This document shows, in pieces, positions 37,470 through 50,154 of a DNA stretch of 64,000 nucleotides (its first letter is position 1; every line of letters begins with the position of its first letter). The position numbers and the translations under genes were made by a program. This DNA is from Eledone cirrhosa (Eukaryota), in assembly GCA_964016885.1 (NCBI GenBank), contig OZ024764.1:27528001-27592000 (forward strand). Direction: 5' to 3'. The notes beneath the pieces are model-generated. The model saw only the letters and a program-made list of their open reading frames with translations. It was not told where the DNA came from and did no database searches.

Positions 37470-40180
37470 AATGGAAAACATTCAGACAGAGAAGAATGGA
37501 TAATGAGCGTTGTAAGAGAAATTGGCCAACAATTAATATTAATGGAAATGTAGAAGAATTTCATATTAGTGATATGAATGTTTCGTGTGATCACTGTGGA
37601 GCTTTGAAATTTAGAAATGAAAATTGTAACTGTTGTAATAAAGGAAAGGTTGTGTTGCCACCATTGCAAATATACCCTGAGAGACTGAGAAATCTCTTTG
37701 AAAGAGGCCAGGAAGCAGTTGATTTCACAGAAACATCTGCAATTAAAACTACATTTATTTCACTTCATTTGGTGTTACCACCCGGCAGAGGCCCGTATAG
37801 CTTTCATATTCAGGGTCAAACATATCAATACACCCCGATCTCTGTAACCTGCAGAAAATACACCACAATATGGCCAGTTATATATTATTGATGGGAATGA
37901 AAGTGTGTAGCACAGATTGGAAGTACAACCAAATAATTGTTTCTGGCACAAGGCCAGCAATTACTGGTACTTTATTCTATCGACCTCATAAGGATGAAAA
38001 CAAAGTCAACCTTAGAGGGATTTGAACCCAGAACGTAAAGGGCCATAACCCTATGCTGCAAAGCATGGTGTCTGACGCTCTACCGATACTGCCAATCCAC
38101 CGCCCTAGTACCAACAAATAATGACTGCTCACCACAAAAAATGGCTATGATAAGAGAGGTGTTGCATGAATGTTATCCATATGTCGAAGTGTACAATACA
38201 ATGCATGGCATCAAACAGCAAAGTTCTAGAAGAGAAAATTGTCGTGTACAGAACTGTGAATTAAGATTTAGAAGAGGATCAGATATGAGCTGCTATAATT
38301 TACCAACTAGTAATGATAGCTGTTGTTTTGTGGGGGATTGAGGGCACACCACCTGTACAAAGAGATATTATCATCTTTCCTAAAGACCATCCTCCTCAGA
38401 AAATACCACATAATTCATGCCACTTGGACCTCATGACCGACCGATAATGGTGAATTTTGGTGGCATAGTGACATGGAGAGGAATGCAGGACCTGTGTTTG
38501 CAATAGACTGACAATGCAGGAGTATTACATATACTGTATAGCATATAGAGGAGGATTTAGTGCGATATATAGGGCAGGTAAATTATTTTAGCAGTATTTA
38601 GTGGATGCCTATATGAAAGTAGAGGGATGCAGGCTTCAATATTTGAGGAACAATCAAGCCCAATTGTGAGTGGATGAGTATAATGGTTTAATGAATTATC
38701 TAAACAGATGATAACACTGAGCCTTAAAAAATGAAGACAAGATATGAAACAGAGAAGACATTGACAGAATCGTGTCAGCAGAAATACCTGCATTGGAAGA
38801 TGATCCAGTACTACATGAGCAGGTTTAAAAGTTTATTATCCACAGGCCATGTGGTTCTGGAAACCCTTTTCCCCCATTTATACAAAATGGATTTTTCCAA
38901 AAGAACTATCCAAAAACCTACAGAAGGGAAACATTATTGAACCTAAATGGATACCCAGAGTACAGGAGGTGCAAGACAGGAACTGCAGTGTAAATTGGAT
39001 GACATTCAGTAGATAACAGGAATGTTGTGCCACTTAATGCCTTTTTGCTTAAGAAATATTGTGCACATATTAATGTTGAAGTTTGCACTTCTGTAAAAAG
39101 TGTCAAGTACCTCTTTAAATATGTTACATGGGGCATGATTGTACATCTATAGAAGTAACGAATAATGCATTACCTAATGAGGCTCAGAACCAACACAACC
39201 ATGATGAAATAAGAACCTATCTTTGTTGCAGGTATGTGTCTCAGCCAGAAGCAGTGTTGTGTCTCTCAGAATTTAAGCTTCATGGTACATCACATACAGT
39301 ATACAGCCTAGCCACACACCTGGAGAACAAACAGAGTTTACTTTCAAAGAGGCAATGCTTACACCTTCTGGGATGCCGCCTCACTAACTCCAATTAAAAG
39401 CAGGATCAATAATAATGCTTCTATGGAATATTTCAATCCAGAACAGATTATTTTATTGGCACAAGATTAGAAGTAGTGGAACTGCATAAACATTTTATCG
39501 AAGCTTCTCATATCTATGGTCCTTTGATGGGCAGGTGTGTTTTGATCCGAAGACTGAAGTTAGTTCCCAGTGGTGCCAACATCCCTTTTACTTTGGAAAG
39601 ACCCCAGTTTCCATTAAGACTGTCATATGCCATGACAATCAACAAGAACCATGGTCAAATACATGATAAAGTGGGTCTGTTCCTCCCTGAGCAAGTATTT
39701 AACCCTGGACAATTGTATGTTGCTTTTTCAAGAGTTCACAGACAGATGTAAAAATTAATCCTAGCAAACCCCCACCACTCCTACAACTGTTAGCTGTTAG
39801 ACCACCCCCAGCACCACCCAACCTCCGTTCTAGTCCCACCGTTAGAACCAATGCTGCTTACCCTGCCTCTTTTACTAGTTCACTCCTTCGCTCGAATTTC
39901 AAAGCTGGCCCTCTACACTTGGTCGTGCTCTCTGTGTCCGCACTAGCCGGTACCTAAACACAATAAAATGTCACCTGTGCTACCAAAACTACCACAGGAA
40001 CTCTGTCGGCATCAGCAAGGCTCAAGCCGAAAGGCTTCAATACTAGACCTGTAATCAGGGCCACTTTACCTCCGACGACCAGCTTTCTACCGATTGTGTG
40101 TTGATGGAGGGGACATGAGACCAGCAAAGTCCTAGGAGTAGAGACTAGTAAATAATAAACGGTCCTAGCTATGTTAAGAA
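37470..40180 (+). pseudogene. Helitron copy H3 with additional small deletions
   Basis: Colinear with H1. Extra deletions at about 39359 (TGCT microhomology) and 40179 (TTAAGAA microhomology). Confidence 0.92.
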
Positions 40181-40639
40181 GACAATAGAAATAAATATTT
40201 ACCTCTTTCATGTAGGTAATATAGCGGTGTTATAAAAGTAATTATACGACCGGTGTAACAGTCGGTATAAATGAAAGATGTAGAAATGAAAGTTGCAACA
40301 ATGACATGAATAAATATACAGTAATTTAATATGAGCAAGAATAAATATTTAATGGAATTAATTAAGTGTAATTTAATAAGAAATAAGAAATAAGTAAAAC
40401 AGTAAAAGAAACAATAACAAACAAAATGGAGTCACATAAAATTTGGTTTATCTTTATAAAGCTTATTTTAAACGCGATTTTCCTTTTAAATCCGTAGCTC
40501 CGCTTACTAACCTTAGGGCTGTAACGTTACATGGTTCGAATCTTACACTCTTCTCTATAGTGCCACACGAGTTATCTCCTAGTCTTTTTATATAGTTTCA
40601 CTGTTTAGTGAAAGAGGGCGCTACGAACAGTTACTTATG

Positions 40640-40717
40640 TAGATGGGTGGTTAGCGATTCGGCTTACAAACATTAGCATCATGACGTTACATGGGTTCGA
40701 ACCCTTCCGGCGCCTCA
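40640..40717 (+). mobile_element. tRNA-derived fragment (pseudo-tRNA or SINE head)
   Basis: A-box-like GGTGGTTAGCG and B-box GGGTTCGAACCC. A related degenerate unit lies at about 40490-40545 (GTTACATGGTTCGAATC). No complete cloverleaf. Confidence 0.5.
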
Positions 40718-41526
40718 ATTTTTCAAATAGAGTTATCACCCATGGTTCTTTAGAGTTTCATTGCTTACTCGAAAGATGGCGCGGGGATCATCTTTTACGA
40801 TGAGTAGTAAGAGACAATAATACATGGAAGGAGGAGAAATAGAGAGAGATAGAAAGACGAATGTGTCACACACTCAATTCTCTCACCCTCTCTTTACTTT
40901 TATTACTCTATCTACCTCTACTTTCTCACCCTCTCTTTTTTTCTATTACACTTTCTTCCTCGTATTTCTCACCCTCTCTTTATTTCTATTACTCTATCTA
41001 CCTCATATTTCTCACCTTATCTTTACTTCTTTTATTCTTTCTTCTTTGTATTTCTCACCCTCTATCTATCTCTTATTTCTCATCTCTCTTTACTTCTGAC
41101 AGAGTGATAGATGTAAAGAGAAGGTGAGAAATAAGAGGTTGATAGATTTGGCTGTTATTTTTAACATTTTCTAATCATATGAGAGAGAGAGAGAGAGTAT
41201 AAGATATATAGAGAGGGGGAAATCGCCGATGTTTACGTTGAGAAAACCTTATAAAATGTTATAAATGGGTTTATAAAGAACAGAATGAGATAAACAAGAC
41301 AAAGACAGATAAAATAAAATCAGCGATTTATTTATAATATTTTAATATATTTTTCCTGGTCGTCTGCTTCCATTGATAGAGAGAGGAGTGGTGGGAGGTA
41401 GCCATAACAACCGTGGTAGCAACACTGTGGTTTTTAAAGAAGTGAATACAAGAAAAACTAAACAAGCAACAAATTTAATTTACTAAAATTAGTTTAAACA
41501 TCTAAATCTTAAGAATATTAAATCTC

Positions 41527-41742
41527 TTACCCCTTTAGCATTCACATTACTCTATATATACTATTGTATTTTCACAGTAACGGCTTTATCTCACATAATA
41601 TCGAATCTATGAGATTTCGATATTATTTATTTTCAGAACAATACTTTAACATCAGTATGAGTGGTTAATTAGGGCTGGTTTGAACAGAAAGAGGTGAGAG
41701 AATTCTGGCCGGTTACAGCTGGTTTTAATGCTAAGGGGTTAA
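41527..41742. mobile_element. piggyBac-type MITE (about 208 bp)
   Basis: TTAC-CCCTTTAGCATT ... AATGCTAAGGGG-TTAA: 12-bp imperfect TIRs with CCC/GGG ends and a TTAA target site (left copy TTAC). Confidence 0.75.
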
Positions 41743-41748
41743 GCCCTT

Positions 41749-43990
41749 CAAGATGTGTATGACGAGAAAGAAGCCGTTTTAGAATCGTATGACATAGATA
41801 ATAACTGGAATTTCTTATGTGACAACTTACTGCAGGCTGCTGAAGACACTTGTGGCTGGAGCAGAGCTCCGACCAGACAGAGAGTGACCTGGTGGTGGGA
41901 CAACACGGTAGATAAGGCCATTAGAGACAAAAGACTAGCATGGAACACTTGGATAAATGGTGGGAGTAGAGACCGATGCACAGCCGCTAAGAAAGAAGCT
42001 AGACGTCAGGTGTACTTAGCACGCAGGGAGGCTGAGAATAGGAGGGTTGCCAATGTTCTGTGACGGGAAGATCAAAGACGTGCGGTGTTCCGCATTGCAA
42101 GCCAGTGTGTCAGTGTAAATCGGGATGTTGTTGGAGATAAATGTGTCCGGAATGATGCTGGTGTACTCAGTGTCAATAATGATCAGAAAAAGGAGGCCTG
42201 GAAATGCCATTATGAGAGGCTGATGAATTTAGAGAATGAATGGGAGAGAGAGAAACTACCCACATTTGACCGAACAGAGGGACCAGCTATTGAGATTGTT
42301 GACTATAGGGTCAAAGAGGCAATTAAAGAAAGGAAAAATGGTAAGGCAGCTGGACCATCAGGGATAGTTGCTGAGATGCTGAAGGCATGAGGAGAAGTAG
42401 GTACTAAACTGGTTGCAAGCATAATCAATCAAGCTATATATGGCGGAGTCATACCCAAAGACTGGTGCAGCAGTATTCTCATAAATTGCTACAAAGGTAA
42501 AGGGGATGCTCTGGAGAGGATCAATTATAGAGGCAGAAAACTGATGGATCAGGTTATGAAAGTGGCAGAAAGGATATTAGAGCAACTAATTAGAGAAAGA
42601 GTCAAACTAGATGAGATGCAGTTTGGTTTTGTGCCTGGGAAAAGTACAACCGATGCCCTCTTCTTAGAGAAGAATAAGCCATTATACTTAGCTTTTGTTG
42701 ACCTAGAGAAAGCCTTTGATAGTGTACCCCAGTCTGTCATCTGGTGATCCCTAAGGAAACTAGGTGTTGAGGAATGGCTTGTGAGGACAGTACAAGCTTT
42801 GTACAGAGGTACTGTCTGTAAAGTGAGGGTAGGAATGGAGTTTAGTGAGGAATTCCAGATACAAGGAGGAGTCCATCAGAGTTCGGTCCTCAGCCCGCTC
42901 TTCTTCATTATAGTCCTCCAAGCCATAACAGAGGAGTTTAAGACTAGCTGCCCATGGGAACTTCTCTATACTGACAATCTGGTTTTTATAGCAGAATCAG
43001 TAGAGGAGCTAGAGAATAAATTCTGGCTATGGAAACAGCAGTTGGAATTAAGAGGACTGAGAGTGAACCCAGCTAAAACAAAAGTGTTGATAAGTAGAAA
43101 AAAGGACAAAACTCTGATGGCCATGTTCGATATGCAGAAAAGGAACTGGCATACATTCTATAAAATGTACACAATGCAGATCTTGGGTACACACGAGATG
43201 TAGTGGGATAGCAGGCAAACTAACAGGTAGGGAAAACTACGTATGCAGTAGATGTACAGGGAAATTTGACAGTAGAAGTTGCATTGATAGACACATTTTT
43301 CAAATGCAAGTTGGTTCTATAAAAGTGGTTGATAGCTTCAGTACCTAGGTGATCAGATTAGTATGGGAGGGGGGGGGGGGGGGTGTTCCGAGGCCATAGT
43401 ATCTAGAATAAGGACGGGCTGGAAGAAGTTTAGGGAGCTGCCTCCTCTGGTGACAAAGAGGGTTTCTCCCTGCATACAAAAGGTTGGTTGTTTGATGCCT
43501 GTGTGAGATGCACAATGTTGCATGGTAGTGAGACATGGGCAGCAACTGCAGAGGATATGCGAAGGCTGAAGAGAAATGAAGCAAGCATGCTCCATTGGAT
43601 GTGCAATGTCAATGTGCGTGAAAGACCAAGCATGGACGAGTTGAGAGTGAAACTCTATAAGAAGGATAAACTGCAGTGTGCGGGAGAAAAGACTGCGTTG
43701 GTATGGCCATGCGATGCGTATGCAGGATTACCGCAGGGTGAAGAAGTGCCAAGTAATCCCAGTGGGAGGAATATGCAGTAGAGGAAGACCAAGGAAGATA
43801 TGGGCAGAGGTAGTGAGAGCTGACCTCAGATCGTTGAAGCTCAGAGGAGATGATGAAGGAGAGATGCTGCGCTGAAGAGGATCTGTCCCACCCTTATAAG
43901 CAGGGAAAAGTGGATGTATAATGATGATGATATATATATATGTCCCACCCTTGCAAACAGGGAAAAGCAGACGTAAAATGAAAATGATGA
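41749..43990 (+). mobile_element. 5'-truncated, degraded RTE-clade LINE (reverse transcriptase pseudogene) with duplicated 3' tail
   Basis: KAAGPSGIVAEMLKA, KGKGDALERINYRG, EMQFGFVPGKSTTDA, LYLAFVDLEKAFDSVP, GVHQSSVLSPLFF, WELLYTDNL (YADD motif mutated), LRWYGHAMR, RGRPRKIW. In-frame stops and a poly-G frameshift at 43369-43383. (ATG)n tail at 43920. Confidence 0.95.
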
Positions 43991-44013
43991 TATATATATA
44001 GATAGATAGATAG

Positions 44014-44066
<53 letters not shown>

Positions 44067-44082
44067 CTTATACGTCATGGTG

Positions 44083-44240
44083 GCTACAGGTGCCAAGAGG
44101 AAGAAGCCGGACAATCCTCTGATATTTGTTTATCTTCCTTTCCTTCGTGGGCCGCGGTACCCGGGTTTGTGGCCGAAGCGACCAAGTTGAAATCGGCCAC
44201 CGGTGGTTGATATCACCAGGTTAGGAAACCCTGGTTTAGT
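44083..44240 (-). pseudogene. Third CRE-like endonuclease remnant; partial copy at 51781-51853
   Basis: The minus strand translates with frameshifts to NLVASATNPGTAAHE / ERKINKYQR / LSGFFLLAPVATMT, homologous to STNPSIAARLADEHKINKFRCL..APAAVET at 45378-45483. Confidence 0.65.
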
Positions 44241-44424
44241 CGCTCCAGTTATTACTTCGTTAGACATAGTCAGTAATTGAAATTAAAGCCTAAAGGTGTA
44301 CTAAAGCCACAAACGTTTTTCTATCTATGAATTATTAGTGGTGTAAACAGATGAATTAAAGTCAAAGCTAACAAATATATCACCAAGAAGAATATCTAAG
44401 GATTTCCAAAGTGTAAAGTCAGCT

Positions 44425-44635
44425 CAAGCCTGGAGACTTATCAAGCAGGTGCCTGTCCCAGTTCCTCTAGCGTAAAGGGACTGAGAGTACATGACTTCCC
44501 TCTGGACATGATGTCAGTCCATCGCAGGGTTAACCCCCCACCTATGTGAAATTAAGTTTTTGCTCAAGTAAAACAACTAACAACACGGTCCAGGAATCGA
44601 ATACACATATGATCGTAAGACCACGGGCCTCCACT
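44425..44635 (-). mobile_element. Diverged tRNA-derived SINE of a second family
   Basis: CCATCGCAGGGTTAACCCC..TTGCTCAAG..GGTCCAGGAATCGAA (reverse-complement B-box TTCGATTCC). Confidence 0.6.
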
Positions 44636-45234
44636 ATCGAAGGATCTACCCTTCATTAAAGAATAAATTAGACTTATGCTTACATCGCCGACATAATTAT
44701 GGTCGGAAAGGACATTACTGAAAATAAGGAATGAACAACTAAAGGAAGACAGAAACGGTCCCTCCTATCTGAAATATTAAGGAAGGAATCTACACAGGAG
44801 GGCCCATCTTCCTACCAAAAGAATTATTTTAACAAGCCTACATCCTACTGAGCCAAAGAAAGGGGCCTCATAACTAGAACATGCTTCATTTGTCCTAAAT
44901 ACGGAGCTGACTTTACATATAATTATATATATGTATATATATATAGTATGTGTGTGTGTGTATGAAGATGTATGACCCCTAGCAAGCCAAACTACAGTTA
45001 CTCCCCAACATGGATAGCAAATTAAAACATTACCTGTTAGAGACAAACGTGAAATGATTTGTTAGTGAACTACCGGTGTAACAGTAATTATGTTACCGGT
45101 GTAACTATTTCTGTTTACCTTATTTTTAAATCACACTCCTATATTAGTTTAGTGACCTTTCAATTCAAATAAATTCTTGATGATGATTGAACTCGCATCG
45201 GAGTAGCCCAACGCCTTGGCCTCCGCGTGTGTGA

Positions 45235-45600
45235 GCCACATAAATGCTCTCAACGACATAGTGAGAAGAAGCCTGGACGCAGCTGAATTTCCATCTCAAC
45301 TGGAGCCAGCAGGCCTAGGCCGCGGAGATGGCAAGCACCCCGAGGGAATCACCCTCTTCCCATTCGAAGGAGGTAGATCCACAAACCCCAGCATCGCTGC
45401 CCGTCTCGCAGATGAACATAAAATAAACAAATTCCGGTGTTTGTCCTGGAGCCTCTTCTAAGCACCAGCCGCCGTCGAGACCCCGGGCCAACTTGGACCC
45501 ATTACAGCCGAGCTCCTCCGCAACATCGCAGTGTCTGTGGCCCGTCTGAGGATGGAGTCCCACGAGGTTGGATGCCTGTTGCAGCAGGTGTCACTGTCCT
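45235..45600 (+). pseudogene. Fourth CRE-like remnant covering the restriction-like endonuclease domain; copy at 52154-52520
   Basis: HINALNDIVRRSLDAAEFPSQLEPAGLGRGDGKHPEGITLFPFEGGRS (consensus LEP.GL.R.DGKRPDG.TL.PW..GR), followed by AARLADEHKINKF..APAAVETPGQLG..LLQQVSLS. Confidence 0.85.
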
Positions 45601-45717
45601 TACATATATATACGTAAATGTTCCCTTGACTGCTATTTCTAGCATATATTAATAGACACTTTAGAAACAGCAGCTAAAAATCAAGAAACAACAGTGTGTG
45701 TCTGTATATATATACAC

Positions 45718-45776
<59 letters not shown>

Positions 45777-45860
45777 AGCCAAAGACACGCACACACGCAC
45801 ATACACATACACACAGGTGTATGTCTGCGTGTATGTATATATATGTGTGTGTCTTTTCGT

Positions 45861-45899
<39 letters not shown>

Positions 45900-46750
45900 C
45901 AGTGATCCCCCTCGCAACCTTTAATTGAACAAACCTGCGATGAGGCGATGATCAAAATAAACACCAAAGTGTAAACAAACAGCCCATAGGTGCTGCCGGA
46001 TACACGATAACATGTGTAGACGAAGTAAAACTTTTATTACTGTAATATAAAGTAGAAACCCTTTATTTAAACAAAGCTGCGTGGCAGCGATGATCAAAAC
46101 AAACTTCAAAGTGTAAACAAACCTCTCGTAGGTGCGGCCAGATACACGCTAACATGTGTATACGAAGTGTAACAGGGAGTTGGGTCGTATTATATGACTT
46201 TCAAATTGACCCCTATTATATTCAAATTATCCCCTGTGGGGCGTGCACCCCACGTTGAGAATCCCTCATAAATAAATATATGTGAGTGTGTTGCTATGAC
46301 TGCTATTTCTAGCAGGTTTACTGCAGTCCTGTAGACGCACAACAAAAACCGGAAGTGGCAGCCATTAAAAAACTTTGGCTTAAAATCAGGCAAAAGTTTT
46401 TTAACAATTCGCCAAGAAAGATAACTCTTGTCTGACTTAATCGCAAAAATCGAGGCAAAAATTTTGCGGCTGTGCAGTTTGTTTGGTGTATTTGACTGCT
46501 ATTTCTAGCATGTATGGACGTATGTACGGTATAGGTGTATTTATATTTAGGATAGTTATCAAAGGTAAATAGACTGGTTGGAGTAATAACAGTCTTGTTT
46601 ATGTATATACACACATATATACGTATATATATATATATATATATATGTTTGTTCTTGTATTTCTATAGAAAAGGTAAAGAAAAGAAGAATGCTCTATGTA
46701 TTGTACAGAGCTATTTAATTACATAATAAACAATAGAATATAATTATTCC

Positions 46751-49586
46751 ATGCAAATAGACTTAGAATGGAAAACATTCAGACAGAGAAGAATGGATAA
46801 TGAGCGTCATAAGAGAAATTGGCCAACAATTAATATTAATGGAAATCTAGAAGAATTTCATATTAGTGATATGAATGTTTCGTGTGATCACTGTGAAGCT
46901 TTGAAATTTAGAAATGAAAATTGTAACTGTTGTAATAAAGGAAAGGTTGTGTTGCCTCCATTGCAAATATACCCCGAGAGACTGAGAAATCTCTTTGAAA
47001 GAGGCCAGGAAGCAGTTGATTTCACAGAAACATCTGCAATTAAAACTACATTTATTTCACTTCATTTGGTGTTACCACCCGGCAGAGGCCCGTATAGCTT
47101 TCATATTCAGGGTCAAACATATCACTACACCCCCACCTCTGTAACCTGCAGAAAATACACCACAATATGGCCAGTTATATATTATTGATGGGAACGAAGG
47201 TGTGTAGCACAGATTGGAAGTACGACCAAATAATTGTTTCTGGCACAAGGCCAGCAATTACTGGTACTTTATTCTATCGACCTCATAAGGATGAAAACAA
47301 AGTCAACCTTGGAGGGATTTGAACCCAGAACGTAAAGGGCCATAACCCTATGCTGCAAAGCATGGTGTCTGACGCTCTACCGATACTGCCAATCCACCGC
47401 CCTAGTACCAACAAATAATGACTGCTCACCACAAAAAATGGCTATGATAAGAGAGGTGTTGCATGAATGTTATCCATATGTCGAAGTGTACAATACAATG
47501 CATGGCATCAAACAGCAAAGTGCAAGAAGAGAAAATTGTCGTGTACAGAACTGTGAATTAAGATTTAGAAGAGGATCAGATATGAGCTGCTATAATTTAC
47601 CAACTAGTAATGATAGCTGTTGTTTTGTGGGGTTTGAGGGCAGACCACCTGTACAAAGAGATATTATCATCTTTCCTAAAGACCATCCTCCTCAGAAAAT
47701 ATCACATAATTCATGCCACTTGGACCTCATGACTGACCCATAATGGTGAATTTTGGTGGCATAGTGACATGGAGAGGAATGCAGGACCTGTGTTTGCAAT
47801 AGACTGACAATGCAGGAGTATTACATATACAGTATAGCATATAGAGGAGGATTTAGTGTGATATATAGGGCAGGTAAATTATTTTAGCAGTATTTAGTGG
47901 ATGCCTATATGAAAGTAGAGGGATGCAGGCTTCTATATTTGAGGAACAATCAAGCCCAATTGTGAGTGGATGAGTATAATGGTTTAATGAATTATCTAAA
48001 CAGATGATAACACTGAGCCTTAAAAAATGAAGACAAGATAAGAAACAGAGAAGACATTGACAGAATCGTGTCAGCAGAAATACCTGCATTGGAAGATGAT
48101 CCAGTACTACATGAGCAGGTTTAAAAGTTTATGATCCACAGGCCATGTGGTTCTGGAAACCCTTTTCCCCCATTTATACAAAATGGATTTTTCCAAAAGA
48201 ACTATCCAAAAACCTACAGAAGGGAAACATTATTGAACCTAAATGGATACCCAGAGTACAGGAGGTGCAAGACAGGAACTGCAGTGTAAATTGGATGACA
48301 TTCAGTAGATAACAGGAATGTTGTGCCATTTAATGCCTTTTTGATTAAGAAATATTGTGCACATATTAATGTTGAAGTTTGCGCTTCTGTAAAAAGTGTC
48401 AAGTACCTCTTTAAATATGTTATATGGGGCATGATTGTACATCTATAGAAGTAACGAATAATGCATTACCTAATGAGGCTCAGAACCAACACAACCATGA
48501 TGAAATAAGAACCTATCTTTGTTGCAGGTATGTGTCTCAGCCAGAAGCAGTGTCGTGTCTCTCGGAATTTAAGCTTCATGGTACATCACATACAGTATAC
48601 AGCCTAGTCACACACCTGGAGAACAAACAGAGTTTACTTTCAAAGAGGCAATGCTCAGGTTGTGGTAGAAATGCAGGGACCCTTGCTGCCTGGTTCAAGC
48701 TAAATGAACTTGCTTACACCTTCTGGGATGCCGCCTCACAAACTCCAATTATAAGCAGGATCAATAATAATGCTTCTATGGAATATTTCAATCCAGAACA
48801 GATTATGTAATGGCACAAGATTAGAAGTAGTAGAACTGCATAAACATTTTATCAAAGCTTCTCATATCTATGGTCCTTTGATGGGCAGGTGTGTTTTGAT
48901 CCCAAGACTGAAGTTATCCCCCAGTGGTGCCAACATCCCTTTTACTTTGGAAAGACCCCAGTTTCCATTAAGACTGTCATATGCCATGACAATCAACAAG
49001 AACCATGGTCAAATACATGATAAAGTGGGTCTGTTCCTCCCTGAGCAAGTATTTAACCCTGGACAATTGTATGTTGCTTTTTCAAGAGTTCACAGACAGA
49101 TGTAAAAATTAATCCTAGCAAACCCCCACCACTCCTACAACTGTTAGCTGTTAGCCCACCCCAGCACCACCCAACCTCCGTTCTAGTCCCACCGTTAGAA
49201 CCAATGCTGCTTACCCTGCCTCTTTTACTAGTTCACTCCGTCGCTCGAATTTCAAAGCTGGCCCTCTACACTTGGTCGTTGCCAGCTCACCACCTGGTTG
49301 TGCTCTCTGTGTCCGCACTAGCCGGTACCTAAACACAATAAAATGTCACCTGTGCTACCAAAACTACCACAGGAACTCTGTCGGCATCAGCAAGGCTCAA
49401 GCCGAAAGGCTTCAATACTAGACCTGTAATCAGGGCCACTTTACCTCCGACGACCAGCTTTCTACCGAGTGTGTGTTGATGGAGGGGACATGAGACCAGC
49501 AAAGTCCTAGGAGTAGAGACTAGTAAATAATAAACGGTCCTAGCTATGTTAAGAATATATATAAGAAAAATGTTCTATACATTTAA
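46751..49586 (+). pseudogene. Helitron copy H4, colinear with H1
   Basis: ORFs 46751..47188, 47438..47743, 48424..48810, 48770..49105 mirror H1. Same SINE and PHD insertions. Confidence 0.93.
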
Positions 49587-49676
49587 GAAGACAAGAGAAA
49601 TAAATATTTACCTCTTTCATGTAGGTAATATAGCGGTGTTATAAAAGTATAATAACTGATGCAGGTAGTTTGTTTC

Positions 49677-50154
49677 AAACTATAACACATATAACTCTAT
49701 CAGTGAAGCCCTTTAGTATAGGTCAACTAGGAAACTATAACACATATAACCCTATCAGTGAAGTCCTTTAGTATAGGTCAACTGGGAAACGATAACACAT
49801 ATAACCCTATCAGTGAAGTCCTTTAGTATAGGTCAACTGGGAAACTATAACACATATAACCCTATCAGTGAAGTCCTTTAGTATAGGTCAACTGGGAAAC
49901 TATAACACATATAACCCTATCAGTGAAGCCCTCTGGGAAACTATAACACATATAACTCTATCAGTGAAGCCCTTTAGTATAGGTCAACTGGGAAACTATA
50001 ACACATATAACCCTATCAGTGAAGTCCTTTAGTATAGGTCAACTGGGAAACTATAACACATATAACCCTATCAGTGAAGTCCTTTAGTATAGGTCAACTG
50101 GGAAATTATAACACATATAACCCTATCAGTGAAGTCCTTTAGTATAGGTCAACT
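49677..50154. repeat. 55-bp minisatellite, about 9 units
   Basis: Same monomer and same truncated unit as 9384-10026. Confidence 0.97.

Noticed and set aside
40640-40717. Functional tRNA gene
   Set aside because: It has A/B-box-like motifs but no convincing acceptor or anticodon stems.
44085-44240. GC-rich segment with hairpins resembling an HDV-like ribozyme
   Set aside because: P2 pairing could not be formed, and the minus strand is better explained as a CRE-like coding remnant.
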